NCBI GenBank assembly: GCA_964291285.2
Contig: OZ219787.1
Coordinates: 2,112,001-2,176,000 of the forward strand
DNA: 64,000 nt
Direction of reading: 5' to 3'
From: Alphaproteobacteria bacterium
Lineage (GTDB): Bacteria; Pseudomonadota; Alphaproteobacteria; Bin95
Shown: piece after piece, positions 9,600-19,591 of the stretch
Numbering within the stretch: the first letter of the stretch is position 1
Layout: every line of letters begins with the position of its first letter
Translations under genes and position numbers: made by a program
Notes under the pieces: generated by a model
What the model was told of the DNA's origin: nothing
The model's database searches: none
What the model saw: the letters and a program-made list of their open reading frames with translations, nothing else

Positions 9600-9689
9600 G
9601 ACGGCCTCCGTTCCGACTGCTTGAGTCAGAATATGGGGACTCGCCGTCATTTAGTCAAGCGGATAATCCCCTTCGGATTCGGGAATTCG

Positions 9690-9790
9690 CAAGCGCGGCG
9701 CAAGCCGCCGCGGGTCGTTCAGGTCATGGCTCCCTCGGCTTGTTTTCTCAGTAGAGAGGGTTATATGGGGAACATACAGGCCATGTCAAG
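9690..9790 (-). promoter_or_regulatory. Promoter + RBS + ATG-ACC-TGA minigene leader (copy A)
   Basis: On the minus strand: CTTGACA..CCTGTATGTTC..ATATAACCCTC..GAGGGAGCCATGACCTGA then a GC hairpin; similar to 55922-56038. Confidence 0.6.
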
Positions 9791-9911
9791 CCCTGCCGGC
9801 GGTTACGATTCGTTACGAAACCGCGCCCGGCCGACAAACGCCGGTTACCCGGCGGCGGCAGGCTCGCGGGCGTCCGGGCACGGGACCGGAAAATAAACAC
9901 GGGACGGAAGC

Positions 9912-11261
9912 GTGGGGCAGGAGTATTCTGGAGTCGCCGTGAATCCGCGCGATGCAGAGATCGTCCCCGCCGAGCCCGGGACGCTGACCGAAGGGACCGG
10001 CCGTCAGCCGCGCCGGAAGCCCCGGCGTTTGCGGCGGGCGCTGCTGCCCCTGCTGGTGCTGGGCGCGGGGATCGCGGCGTTCCTGGCGATGATGGCGACG
10101 CGCACCGCCATCCTGCCGGAAGCGCCGGGCGAGCGCGTCTGGGCGGTCGAGGCCGCCACCGTGGCGCTGGAGACGACCCGGCCGCGCATTCCGCTCTTCG
10201 GCCAGACGGTCGCCGGACGCTCGGTGGACCTGCGCCCGCTCGTGGCCGGCCGCGTGGCGGCGGTCGGGCCGGACTTCCGCGAAGGCGGCTACGTCGCCGA
10301 GGGCGACCTGCTGATCGCCATCGACCGCTTCGATTTCGAGACGGCGCTCGAACTCAGGACCGCTGAACTCGTCGAAGCCCGCGCGAGCCTCAGCGAGGTC
10401 GAGGCCGACCTGGCCGGCGCGCGCGACCAGCTGGACGAGGACGCGCGCCAGCTCGCCCTGCTCCGGCGCGAGGCCGACCGCCGGCGGCAACTGCGCGAGC
10501 GCGGCGCCATTTCGCAGAAGAGCCTGGATGACGCCGAGCTTGCGCTCAGCCGCCAGCAGCAGACCTCCAGCCAGCGGCGGAACGCCGTCGCGCGCTTCGC
10601 CGCCCGCGTCGAGCGCCAGCAGGCGGCGATCCGGCGCGCCGAGGCGGCGCTCGCCCGCGCGGAGCGCGACCTGGCCGAAACGCGGCTGACGGCACCCTTT
10701 TCCGGCTGGCTGGTCGATATCGGCGTCGAGGTCGGCAAGCAGGTCGGGACGGCCGAGCGCGTGGCCCGCCTCGTCGATGTCTCGCGGCTCGAAATCGGCG
10801 TGACGATCCCGAACGACGTGTTCGGCGAGCTGGATGCCGGGGACGGCGTGGTCGGCCGCCGGCTGGAGGCGGTCTGGCGGACCGGCGCCGCGGCCCGCAG
10901 CTTCCCCGCCCGGATCGCGCGCCTCGAAGGCGAGATCGACGCCGCCAGCGGCGGCATCGCCGCCTTCGCCAGCCTCGACGCCCTGCCGGAGGACACGCGG
11001 CTGCGCGCCGGCGCCTTCGTCGAGGTGTTTCTCGAAGGCCCGGAAATGCAGGACGCGGTGCGCCTGCCCGCCTCCGCGGTGTTCGACGGCGGGAGGGTCT
11101 ATCGCATCGGCACGGACGACAGGCTGGAGGCCGTCGAGGTCAGGGTCCGCGCCCGGGAGGGCGAAAGCCTGCTGGTGCAGGGGCCGCTCGAGGACGGCCA
11201 GCGCATCGTGCTGACGCGCTTCCCGGAGATCGCCCCCGGCGTCAGGGTCACCGTCCCTTGA
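9912..11261 (+). CDS. RND efflux periplasmic adaptor (membrane fusion protein)
   Basis: N-terminal TM, 'VAGRV..V...G..V..GDLL..ID', coiled coil, 'TRLTAPFSG'; start uncertain. Confidence 0.92.
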   Translation: MGQEYSGVAVNPRDAEIVPAEPGTLTEGTGRQPRRKPRRLRRALLPLLVLGAGIAAFLAMMATRTAILPEAPGERVWAVEAATVALETTRPRIPLFGQTVAGRSVDLRPLVAGRVAAVGPDFREGGYVAEGDLLIAIDRFDFETALELRTAELVEARASLSEVEADLAGARDQLDEDARQLALLRREADRRRQLRERGAISQKSLDDAELALSRQQQTSSQRRNAVARFAARVERQQAAIRRAEAALARAERDLAETRLTAPFSGWLVDIGVEVGKQVGTAERVARLVDVSRLEIGVTIPNDVFGELDAGDGVVGRRLEAVWRTGAAARSFPARIARLEGEIDAASGGIAAFASLDALPEDTRLRAGAFVEVFLEGPEMQDAVRLPASAVFDGGRVYRIGTDDRLEAVEVRVRAREGESLLVQGPLEDGQRIVLTRFPEIAPGVRVTVP

Positions 11262-14200
11262 TCGCGCTTTTCGCGCGCCACCCGACGGCGGCGAACCTGG
11301 TGATGGCGGCCATGCTGGTGGTCGGGCTGCTGGCGCTCGGGCGGATGAACAAGCAGTTCTTCCCGGATTTCGGCATCGACACGGTCCTCGTCTCCGTGAC
11401 ATGGCCCGGCGCCGGCGCGGAGGATGTGGACAACGCCATCGTCCAGGCCGTCGAGCCCGAGGTCCGCTTCCTCGACCGGGTGAAGGCGGTGATTTCCAAC
11501 TCCCAGGAGGGCTACGCCACCGTAAGGGTCGATTTCGAGGCCGGGACCGACATGCAGGCGGCGCTGGCGGATGTGGAGGCGGCCGTGTCCCGGGTCGCGA
11601 CCCTGCCCGAGGACAGCGAGACGCCCTGGATACGGCGCGTGGTGCGCTACGAGAACCTGCTGCGCATCGTGCTGGCCGGAGACCTGCCGGAGCGCACGCT
11701 CAAGGCATGGGCGACCCGGATGCGCGACGGGCTGATCCGCGCCGGGGTCGATGAAGTGGAGATGGTCGGCGCGCGCGATGAATGGATCCTGGTCGAGGCG
11801 GACCAGCAGGACCTGCTGGCCCTCGACCTGCCGATATCGGAAATATCGGGCCGGATTGCGGGCGCCTCGCGCGACATACCGGGCGGCGACACGGGCGGGC
11901 GCTCGGTCTCGCGGGTGCGCTCGCTCGGGCTTGCGCGCACGGCCGAGGAGGTCGCCGCGGTCGAGGTCCGGGCGTTCCCGGACGGGCGCAGGCTGACGGT
12001 GGGCGAGGTCGCGGAGGTGAGCGAGGCCTGGAACGAGGACCAGCCGCGGGTCTGGTTCGACGGCCGCCCGGCTGTCGAACTCATCGTCAAGCGGGCGACG
12101 ACGGCCGACGCGCTCGAAACCGCCGAGGCCGCCGACCGGTTCCTGGACGGTTTCGTGCCCACCCTGCCTCCCGGCATCGCGGTCCACCGCTACGACGCGG
12201 CGGCGGACCTGATCGACCAGCGCATCGACCTGCTGGTCCGCAACGGCATCGGCGGGCTGGTCATCGTGCTGGTCGTGCTGTTCGTGTTCCTGAATGCGCG
12301 CACGGCGCTGTGGGTGGCTGCCGGCATCCCCGCCGCCCTGCTCGCCGCGATGGCGCTTGCCTGGGCGTTCGGGCACGCGATCAACATGGTGATCCTGTTC
12401 GGGACCATTCTCGCCATCGGCCTCGTCGTGGACGACGCCATCGTGGTGGCCGAGCACGCCGAGACCCGCGCGCGCCGGGGCGACGACCCGCTTCAGGCGG
12501 CCATGGAAGGCGCGCGGCGCATGGCGGGCCCGGTGTTCTCCTCGAGCCTGACCACCATCGCCGCCTTCCTGCCGCTGATCCTGATCGGCGGCATTATCGG
12601 GCAGATCATCCGGGAAATCCCGATCATCGTCGTGCTGGCGCTGGTGGCGAGCCTGGTGGAGTGCTTCCTGGTGCTGCCCGGCCATCTGCGCCATTCGCTC
12701 GCCGCGACCGCGGCCGCTGCGGAGGGCCGGGCCTCGCGCTTCCGCCGGGGGTTCGACGAAGGCTTCCGCCGGTTCCGCGAGGGTCCGTTCCGGCGCACGG
12801 TCGGGCGCGCGCTCGTCCACCGCTACCTGGTGCTGGCGCTGGCGGTCGGCTTCTTCCTCGTCAGTCTCGGCATTGCGGCCAGCGGGCGCATCGGCTTCAC
12901 CTTTTTCCCCTCGGTCGAGCCGAACAACATCTTCGCGAACCTCCGCATGGTTCCGGGAACGACCGGCGAGGAGACCCTCGAGCGGCTCCTTCAGATCGAG
13001 CGGGGCGCCCGCGCCACCGCCGGGGACTTCGGAGACCCTGGCCTCGTGCATACTTCACTGGTCGTCCAGGGCATTGAGCGCAGCCAGGGCAATTTCGGCC
13101 CCCGCCAGCGCGACGACGCGGTGGGCGCGGTGGTCGTCCAACTCGTCGATTCCGACAAGCGCGACGTGCGCACCGAAGCCTTCGTGCAGGCATGGCGGGA
13201 TCGCAACGGGCCGATCGTCGGGGCCGATGCGCTGACCATCCGCGCCGCGACCGGCGGACCGCCCGGGCGCGAAATCGATGTGCGCCTGTCCGGCGACAGC
13301 CTCGACGACCTCAAGGCGGCGGCCGGGCGCGTGAAGGCCCTTCTCGCTTCATATCCGGGCGTGAGCGCCATCGGCGACAACCTCGCCTACGGCAACCGGG
13401 AAATGCAGCTTCGGGTGACGCCGGCGGGCCGGGCGATGGGCTTCGACATCGCGCGGGCGGGCAGCCAGCTTCGCAGCGCGCTCGAGGGCGACATCGCGCT
13501 GCGCTTCGCCAGGGACGACGAAGAGGTCGAGGTCAGGGTCCGGCAGAAGGAGAACCCGGGCGGGCTCGGCGCGCTCTACCTGTTCGGCCCGAACGGGACC
13601 GAGGTGCCGCTGAGCGCCGTGGTGACCGTGACGCCCTCCAGCGGCTACGACGTCATCCGCCGCGAGCGCGGCCGGCGCGAGGTCTCGGTGACGGCGGAGG
13701 TGGACGAGACCGTCACCACCAATAATGTGGTGCTCGCCGCGCTCCGGCGGGACGGCCTGGCGGAGATCGCCGGGGATGCGGGCCTCGAATGGCGTTTCGC
13801 GGGCAAGGCGGAAGAGCAGGCCGAGACCTTCGCCGACATGGGCGTCGGCGCGGCAATCGGTCTGGCCGGCATGTTCCTGGTGCTCGCCTGGATCTTCGGC
13901 AGCTACAGCCGCCCGCTGGCGGTGCTGGCGGTGGTGCCGCTCGGCTTCATCGGCGTCTCGCTCGGCCATTTCTTCACCGGCTTCGACCTCACCGTCCTGT
14001 CGATCATCGGCATGATCGGGCTCTCCGGCATCGTCATCAACGATTCGATCGTGCTCATCGTGGCGATCACCGACCACGAGCAGGAAGGCAAGCCGCCGCT
14101 GCAGGCCATAGAAGACGGGTGCTGCGACCGCCTGCGCGCGGTGATCCTGACCTCGCTCACCACCATCAGCGGCCTGCTGCCGCTCTGTTTCGAGACCAGC

Positions 14201-14401
14201 CTGCAGGCGCAGTTCCTGATCCCCGTGGCGCTCACCATCGTGGCCGGCCTGGCCACCGCGACCCTGCTCATCCTGTTCGTCGTGCCGGCAATGCTGGCTG
14301 TCGGGCACGACCTGCGGCGCCTCGCCGGGACGGGGCGCGCGGATGGAAGGCAGGTCGTGTTGACCGGACGAGACCCCGGACCGGAGGCCATAACCCGATG
14401 A
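11258..14401 (+). CDS. RND efflux permease (AcrB/D/F family)
   Basis: 1047 aa, 'GLVVDDAIVVAE', 'GIVINDSIV', 'RLRAVILTSLTT'. Confidence 0.95.
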   Translation: MIALFARHPTAANLVMAAMLVVGLLALGRMNKQFFPDFGIDTVLVSVTWPGAGAEDVDNAIVQAVEPEVRFLDRVKAVISNSQEGYATVRVDFEAGTDMQAALADVEAAVSRVATLPEDSETPWIRRVVRYENLLRIVLAGDLPERTLKAWATRMRDGLIRAGVDEVEMVGARDEWILVEADQQDLLALDLPISEISGRIAGASRDIPGGDTGGRSVSRVRSLGLARTAEEVAAVEVRAFPDGRRLTVGEVAEVSEAWNEDQPRVWFDGRPAVELIVKRATTADALETAEAADRFLDGFVPTLPPGIAVHRYDAAADLIDQRIDLLVRNGIGGLVIVLVVLFVFLNARTALWVAAGIPAALLAAMALAWAFGHAINMVILFGTILAIGLVVDDAIVVAEHAETRARRGDDPLQAAMEGARRMAGPVFSSSLTTIAAFLPLILIGGIIGQIIREIPIIVVLALVASLVECFLVLPGHLRHSLAATAAAAEGRASRFRRGFDEGFRRFREGPFRRTVGRALVHRYLVLALAVGFFLVSLGIAASGRIGFTFFPSVEPNNIFANLRMVPGTTGEETLERLLQIERGARATAGDFGDPGLVHTSLVVQGIERSQGNFGPRQRDDAVGAVVVQLVDSDKRDVRTEAFVQAWRDRNGPIVGADALTIRAATGGPPGREIDVRLSGDSLDDLKAAAGRVKALLASYPGVSAIGDNLAYGNREMQLRVTPAGRAMGFDIARAGSQLRSALEGDIALRFARDDEEVEVRVRQKENPGGLGALYLFGPNGTEVPLSAVVTVTPSSGYDVIRRERGRREVSVTAEVDETVTTNNVVLAALRRDGLAEIAGDAGLEWRFAGKAEEQAETFADMGVGAAIGLAGMFLVLAWIFGSYSRPLAVLAVVPLGFIGVSLGHFFTGFDLTVLSIIGMIGLSGIVINDSIVLIVAITDHEQEGKPPLQAIEDGCCDRLRAVILTSLTTISGLLPLCFETSLQAQFLIPVALTIVAGLATATLLILFVVPAMLAVGHDLRRLAGTGRADGRQVVLTGRDPGPEAITR

Positions 14402-15939
14402 ACCCGCCCCGCATCGCACTGCTCGGCATCATGCTGGAAAGCAACGCCTTTGCCCCGCCGACGACGGAGGCCGACTTCCGCCGGCACTATTACCGAGAAG
14501 GCGAGGCGCTGCTGGCGGACGCGCGCGCTCCGGTCTCCGCCATGCCGCGCGAGATGGCGGCCTTCGTGCAGGCGATGGACGCGACCGGCCCGTGGGAGCC
14601 CGCGCCGCTCGTCTTCGCCAACAACCCTCCCTGGGGGCCGGCGGAGTGGCCCTTCATCGCCGGCTGCCTGGAGCGCATCGAGGCGATGCTGGCGAAGGCG
14701 GGGCCGGTGGACGGCGTCTTCATCGCCAACCACGGCGCCATGACTTCCACGGAGACGCTCGACCCCGACGGCGAGATCGTGGCCCGGCTGCGCGCGCTGG
14801 CCGGCCCGGACACCCCCGTGATCGTGACGCACGACCTGCACGCCAACCTCTCCGAGCGGCTGGTCGAGGCCGCCGACATGCTGATCGGCTACACCACCAA
14901 CCCGCATGTGGACATGCGCCAGCGCGGCGAGGAAGCGGCCTTCGCCATGCGCATGATGCTGGCGGGGATGCGGCCGAAATCGGCCTTCATCCGCCTGCCG
15001 CTGACGCCGCCGAGCGTGACCCTGCTGACCGCCGAGGGGCCTTATGCGGACATGATCCAACACGGCCAGCGGCGGATACGCGAGTCGGGCGGTGAAATCG
15101 TCAATGTCACGATCCTCGGCGGCTTCGTCTTCTCGGACACGCCGAAGAACGGCATCGCCGTCGTGGTGACGGCGCGCGAGGACGAGGCGGCGGCGCGCGC
15201 GCTTGCCCGCGAGATCGCGGAATACGGCTGGTCGATGCGCGGGCGCTTCCGGCGCGAACTCATGTCCGTCGAGGCAGCGGCGGCGCTCGCGTTCGAAACC
15301 GCCGCCGACCCCACCCGCCCCGCCGTCATCTTCTCCGATTCCGGCGATAATCCGGGCGGCGGCGGCGAGGGGCGCACCACATGGCTGCTCAGGGCGCTGG
15401 TCGAGGCGGGCGCGAAGCGCGTCTATTACGGCTCCTTCTTCGACCCCGCGCTGGCGTTGGAGGCCCACGATCTCGGCGAGGGTGTGGAATTCGAGGCCGT
15501 GTTCAACCGCGAGGGCGACACGGAGTTCTCCAAGGGCTTCCGCGCGCCCGCGCGGGTGCTGAAGCTGACGGACGGGCGCTTCGTCGGCCGGCTCGGCATC
15601 CAGCGCGGCCGGCTGGTGGAGCTCGGGCCGTCCGCCGCCTTGCAGATCGGCGGACCGGAGGGCGTCACCGTCATCGTCATCGGCGCGCGCCACCAGACCG
15701 CGGACCCGATGTTCTTCGAGAGCTTCGGCCTCGACATCGCCGAGGCGCGTGTCGTCTGCGTCAAGTCGCGCGGCCATTTCCGTGCGGGCTTCATGCCCTG
15801 GTTCAAGCCCTCGCAGGTGTTCGAGGTCGACACGGCCGGCCTGACCTCCCCGGTACTGGACCGTTTCCGCTGGCAAAAGCTGCCGCGGCCGTCCTATCCG
15901 CTGGACGAGGACGCCGAATGGACCCCGCCCGACTGGTGA
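14398..15939 (+). CDS. M81 family metallopeptidase (MlrC-like)
   Basis: 'ESNAF', 'HGAM', 'DLHAN', 'PHVD', 'DNPGGG', 'KSRGHFRA'; ATGA overlap with RND stop. Confidence 0.92.
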   Translation: MNPPRIALLGIMLESNAFAPPTTEADFRRHYYREGEALLADARAPVSAMPREMAAFVQAMDATGPWEPAPLVFANNPPWGPAEWPFIAGCLERIEAMLAKAGPVDGVFIANHGAMTSTETLDPDGEIVARLRALAGPDTPVIVTHDLHANLSERLVEAADMLIGYTTNPHVDMRQRGEEAAFAMRMMLAGMRPKSAFIRLPLTPPSVTLLTAEGPYADMIQHGQRRIRESGGEIVNVTILGGFVFSDTPKNGIAVVVTAREDEAAARALAREIAEYGWSMRGRFRRELMSVEAAAALAFETAADPTRPAVIFSDSGDNPGGGGEGRTTWLLRALVEAGAKRVYYGSFFDPALALEAHDLGEGVEFEAVFNREGDTEFSKGFRAPARVLKLTDGRFVGRLGIQRGRLVELGPSAALQIGGPEGVTVIVIGARHQTADPMFFESFGLDIAEARVVCVKSRGHFRAGFMPWFKPSQVFEVDTAGLTSPVLDRFRWQKLPRPSYPLDEDAEWTPPDW

Positions 15940-16048
15940 CGGGCCGCCGGCCGCGATTGCGGCAAGCCGTTCGACGTCCTATCGTGCAGTTCTGCCGAAG
16001 GCGCGACCTAGGCCGCCCGGCAATTCATTGCAGGAGAAGGAAGCACCC

Positions 16049-17638
16049 ATGCAGTTCCGGAAACTTCTGATCGGCTGCGCGCTCGCCGGCCTGACCGCAG
16101 TTCCCGCCTGGGGGCAGGACGGGATGCTGACCGTCGGCCTCAAGGCCGAGCCGTCGTCCATCGACCCGCACTACCACAATCTCGGCCCGAACAACTCCAT
16201 GGCGGCGCACTATTTCAGCCGTCTCGTGGAGCAGGACGACAAGCTCCGGCTGCTGCCGGGCCTTGCGGTGTCGTGGAAGCCGATCGACGACACGACCTGG
16301 GAGTTCAAGCTGCGCGAGGGCGTGAAGTTCCACGACGGTTCGGACTTCAACGCCGACGACGTGCTGTTCACCTTCGAACGCGCGCCCAACGTGCCGAAGT
16401 CGCCGTCCAGCTTCGGCACCTACCTCAAGGGCAAGACCTTCAAGAAGGTCGACGATTTCACCATTCATCTGACCACCGAGCGGCCCTATCCGCTGATGCC
16501 GGTCGACATGGCGCAGGTGCCGATCATCTCCGCCGGCGTGGGCGCCGATGTCAGCACGGCCGACTTCAACTCGGGCAAGGCGGCCATAGGGACCGGCCCG
16601 TACCGTTTCGTCGAGTGGGTGCCCGGCGACCGTCTGGTGATCGAGCGCAACGAGGACTATTTCGACGCCAAGCCGGAATGGGAACGGATCGTCTTCAAGC
16701 CGATCAAGTCGGGCCCGGCCCGCGTCGCCGCGCTGCTCGCGGGCGATGTGGACTTCATCGACAATGTGCCGCCCATCGACATTCCGCGCCTGAAGGGCGA
16801 CGAGAACGTGCAGTTAAGCCAGGGCGTTTCCAGCCGGGTGATCTACCTGCATATGGACCAGTACCGGGAGAATTCCCCGTTCGTGAAGGCGAACGGAGGC
16901 GGCGAGATCAAGAACCCGCTTCTGGACGTACGCGTGCGCAAGGCGATCTCCAAGGCGCTTGACCGCGACGCGATCGTGGACCGGGTGATGGAGGGCGTCG
17001 CCATCAAGGCGGGGCAGTTGCTGCCGGAGGGCTTCTTCGGCGTCACGCCCAACCTGCAGCCGGAGCCCTACGACCCCGAGGGCGCCAAGGCGCTGCTCGC
17101 CGAGGCCGGCTACCCGGACGGCTTCGAGCTCACCATTCACGGCCCCAACGACCGCTATATCAACGACGCCAAGATCTGCGAGGCGGTGGCCCAGATGCTG
17201 ACCCGCGTCGGCATCAGGACGGCGGTCGAGACCATGCCCAAGGCGGTCTATTTCCGGCGCGCCAGCCGCGGCGGGCCAGACGGCTCGCCGGAGTTCAGCT
17301 TCATCCTCGTCGGCTGGGGCTCGGGCACGGGCGAGTCGTCCTCGCCGCTCCGCTCCCTGCTCCACACCTATGACAAGGACCGGGGCTTCGGCGCGTCCAA
17401 CCGGGGCCGTCACTCCGACGCCGAGGTGGACAAGCTGATCGAGGACGCACTCGCGACGGTGGACGACGATGCGCGTCTCAAGCTGCTGCAGGGGGCCACC
17501 GAGCTCGCCATCGGGCGCAACCAGGGCATCATCCCGACGCACTACCAGGTCAACACCTGGGCCGGGAAGAAAGGGCTGTCCTATAAGGCGCGGGCGGATG
17601 AGCGCACCATCGCCATGGGCGTGACCTCCGACAAGTAG
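16049..17638 (+). CDS. ABC transporter substrate-binding protein, family 5 (DppA/OppA-like)
   Basis: Signal peptide; 'WEFKLREGVKFHDGSDFNADDV'; GTGPY. Confidence 0.95.
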   Translation: MQFRKLLIGCALAGLTAVPAWGQDGMLTVGLKAEPSSIDPHYHNLGPNNSMAAHYFSRLVEQDDKLRLLPGLAVSWKPIDDTTWEFKLREGVKFHDGSDFNADDVLFTFERAPNVPKSPSSFGTYLKGKTFKKVDDFTIHLTTERPYPLMPVDMAQVPIISAGVGADVSTADFNSGKAAIGTGPYRFVEWVPGDRLVIERNEDYFDAKPEWERIVFKPIKSGPARVAALLAGDVDFIDNVPPIDIPRLKGDENVQLSQGVSSRVIYLHMDQYRENSPFVKANGGGEIKNPLLDVRVRKAISKALDRDAIVDRVMEGVAIKAGQLLPEGFFGVTPNLQPEPYDPEGAKALLAEAGYPDGFELTIHGPNDRYINDAKICEAVAQMLTRVGIRTAVETMPKAVYFRRASRGGPDGSPEFSFILVGWGSGTGESSSPLRSLLHTYDKDRGFGASNRGRHSDAEVDKLIEDALATVDDDARLKLLQGATELAIGRNQGIIPTHYQVNTWAGKKGLSYKARADERTIAMGVTSDK

Positions 17639-17701
17639 CGGGAACCGCGCGGGCGGCGGCGCTGCCGCCGTCCGCGCCCCCTGCGGAAGCGCCGAGGCTC
17701 C

Positions 17702-18679
17702 ATGACCGTCTTCATTATCCGGCGGCTGATGCAGAGTTCGGTCGTCGTTGCGGTGATGTCGCTGCTCGTCTTCGTCGGCGTCAACATCGTCGGCGACCCG
17801 GTCGACATGCTCATCAACCCGGAAGCCGACCAGGCCGAGATCGAGCGGGTGATGCGCGACCTCGGCCTCGACCGGCCGGTGCACGAGCAATACGGCTATT
17901 TCGTCGTCAACGCGCTCCAGGGCGACCTCGGCAAGTCATTCATTTTCGGCGAGCCGGCGCTGCAGCTGATCGTGCAGCGCATGCCGGCGACCTTCGAGCT
18001 TGCGATCGCGGCGCTCTTGATCGCCATCGTGCTCGGCATCCCGCTCGGCGTCATTGCGGGGCTGAGACCCGAGGCCAAGTCGTCCAAGGCGATCATGGCT
18101 GGCTCCATCCTCGGCTTCAGCCTGCCCAGCTTCTGGGTCGGCATCATGATGATCATGCTGTTCGCGGTGATGCTGGGCTGGCTGCCGTCCACGGGGCGGG
18201 GCGACACGGTGCCGTTCCTCGGCATACAGGTCAGCTTCCTCACCTGGGACGGCCTGCAGCACCTGCTGCTGCCGGCGATCAACCTGTCGCTGTTCAAGCT
18301 CTCGCTCGTCATAAGGCTCGCACGCGCCGGCACGCGCGAGGTCATCCACCAGGACTACATCAAGTTCGCGCGCGCCAAGGGGCTGAGCGAGAGCCGTGTC
18401 GTGCTCGTCCACCTGCTCAAGAACATCATGATCCCGGTAGTAACCGTACTCGGCCTCGAATTCGGCGGGCTGGTGGCCTTTTCGGTGGTGACCGAGACGG
18501 TGTTCGCCTGGCCCGGCATGGGCAAGCTCATCATCGACTCGCTGCACGAACTCGACCGGCCGGTGGTGGTCGCCTACCTCATGATTGTGGTGCTGATGTT
18601 CGTCATCATCAACCTGCTGGTGGACATCGTCTATTCGGTCCTCGACCCGCGGGTCCGTCTCCAGGACGCCCGCGCATGA
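17702..18679 (+). CDS. ABC transporter permease (DppB-like)
   Basis: 'ARAKGL', 'ETVFAWPGMG'. Confidence 0.95.
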   Translation: MTVFIIRRLMQSSVVVAVMSLLVFVGVNIVGDPVDMLINPEADQAEIERVMRDLGLDRPVHEQYGYFVVNALQGDLGKSFIFGEPALQLIVQRMPATFELAIAALLIAIVLGIPLGVIAGLRPEAKSSKAIMAGSILGFSLPSFWVGIMMIMLFAVMLGWLPSTGRGDTVPFLGIQVSFLTWDGLQHLLLPAINLSLFKLSLVIRLARAGTREVIHQDYIKFARAKGLSESRVVLVHLLKNIMIPVVTVLGLEFGGLVAFSVVTETVFAWPGMGKLIIDSLHELDRPVVVAYLMIVVLMFVIINLLVDIVYSVLDPRVRLQDARA

Positions 18680-19587
18680 CCGTCCACACCGACAGGCAGG
18701 CGCAGGCTGTGGCCGTCGAAACCCCGTTCCGGCGTTTCGCCTCGGACTTTTTCGAGAGCCGCATCGCTACGGTGGCGCTCGCGGTCTTCGCGGTCATCGC
18801 CTTCATCGCGCTCTTCGCGCCCTGGATCGCGCCGACCGACCCATACGATCTGGCGCAGGTGAGCGTGCTCGACTCGCACATGCCGCCCGGCACCGAGGCC
18901 TTCGACGGGCGCGTCTTCTGGCTCGGCACGGACGGTGCCGGGCGCGACCTCGTCAGCGCGATCTGCTACGGGCTGCGCATCAGCCTCGGCGTCGGCGTGA
19001 TGAGCGGCGTCATCGCCATGGCCATCGGTTGCGCCGTCGGCCTGACGGCCGCCTATTTCGGCGGGCGCGTCGACACCCTCATCATGCGCATCGTCGACAT
19101 CCAGCTGAGCTTCCCCTCGATCCTGGTGGCGCTGGTGCTGCTGGCGGTGCTGGGCAAGGGCGTGGACAAGATCCTGATTGCGCTCGTGACCGTGCAGTGG
19201 GCCTATTACGCGCGCACGGTTCGCGCAAGCGCGCTGGTGGAACGCTCGAAGGAATATATCGACGCTGCCAGTTGCCTCGCGCTCGGCCACCGGCGCATCC
19301 TGTTCCGCCACCTGCTGCCGAACTGCCTGCCGCCGCTGATCGTGGTGGTGACGGTCCAGACCGCGCACGCCATCGCGCTGGAGGCAACGCTGAGCTTCCT
19401 CGGCATCGGCCTGCCGATCACCGAGCCCTCCCTCGGCCTGCTGATCGCCAACGGCTTCGAATACATGCTCAGCATGAAATACTGGATCAGCGTCTATCCG
19501 GGCGTGGCGCTGCTCGTCACCATCGTCTCGATCAACCTGGTGGGCGACCAGCTGCGCGACGTTCTGAACCCGCGGTTGCAGAAATAG
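18676..19587 (+). CDS. ABC transporter permease (DppC-like)
   Basis: 'LGTDGAGRD', 'EATLSFLGIG', 'GDQLRDVLNP'. Confidence 0.95.
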   Translation: MTVHTDRQAQAVAVETPFRRFASDFFESRIATVALAVFAVIAFIALFAPWIAPTDPYDLAQVSVLDSHMPPGTEAFDGRVFWLGTDGAGRDLVSAICYGLRISLGVGVMSGVIAMAIGCAVGLTAAYFGGRVDTLIMRIVDIQLSFPSILVALVLLAVLGKGVDKILIALVTVQWAYYARTVRASALVERSKEYIDAASCLALGHRRILFRHLLPNCLPPLIVVVTVQTAHAIALEATLSFLGIGLPITEPSLGLLIANGFEYMLSMKYWISVYPGVALLVTIVSINLVGDQLRDVLNPRLQK

Positions 19588-19591
19588 CCTC

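Larger units (their letters stand above)
7247..9671 (-). mobile_element. IS1595-family transporter IS with passenger gene
   Basis: 23-bp terminal IRs GGGGATTATCCG(T/C)TTGACTAAAT at 7247-7269 and 9649-9671 (22/23 identical) enclose the transposase and MTase-HNH; no target duplication. Confidence 0.92.

Noticed and set aside
13789-15939. 716-aa extended MlrC and 862-aa extended monooxygenase (37061-39649) as fusions
   Set aside because: The extensions overlap upstream genes in other frames; real starts are at 14398 and 38291.
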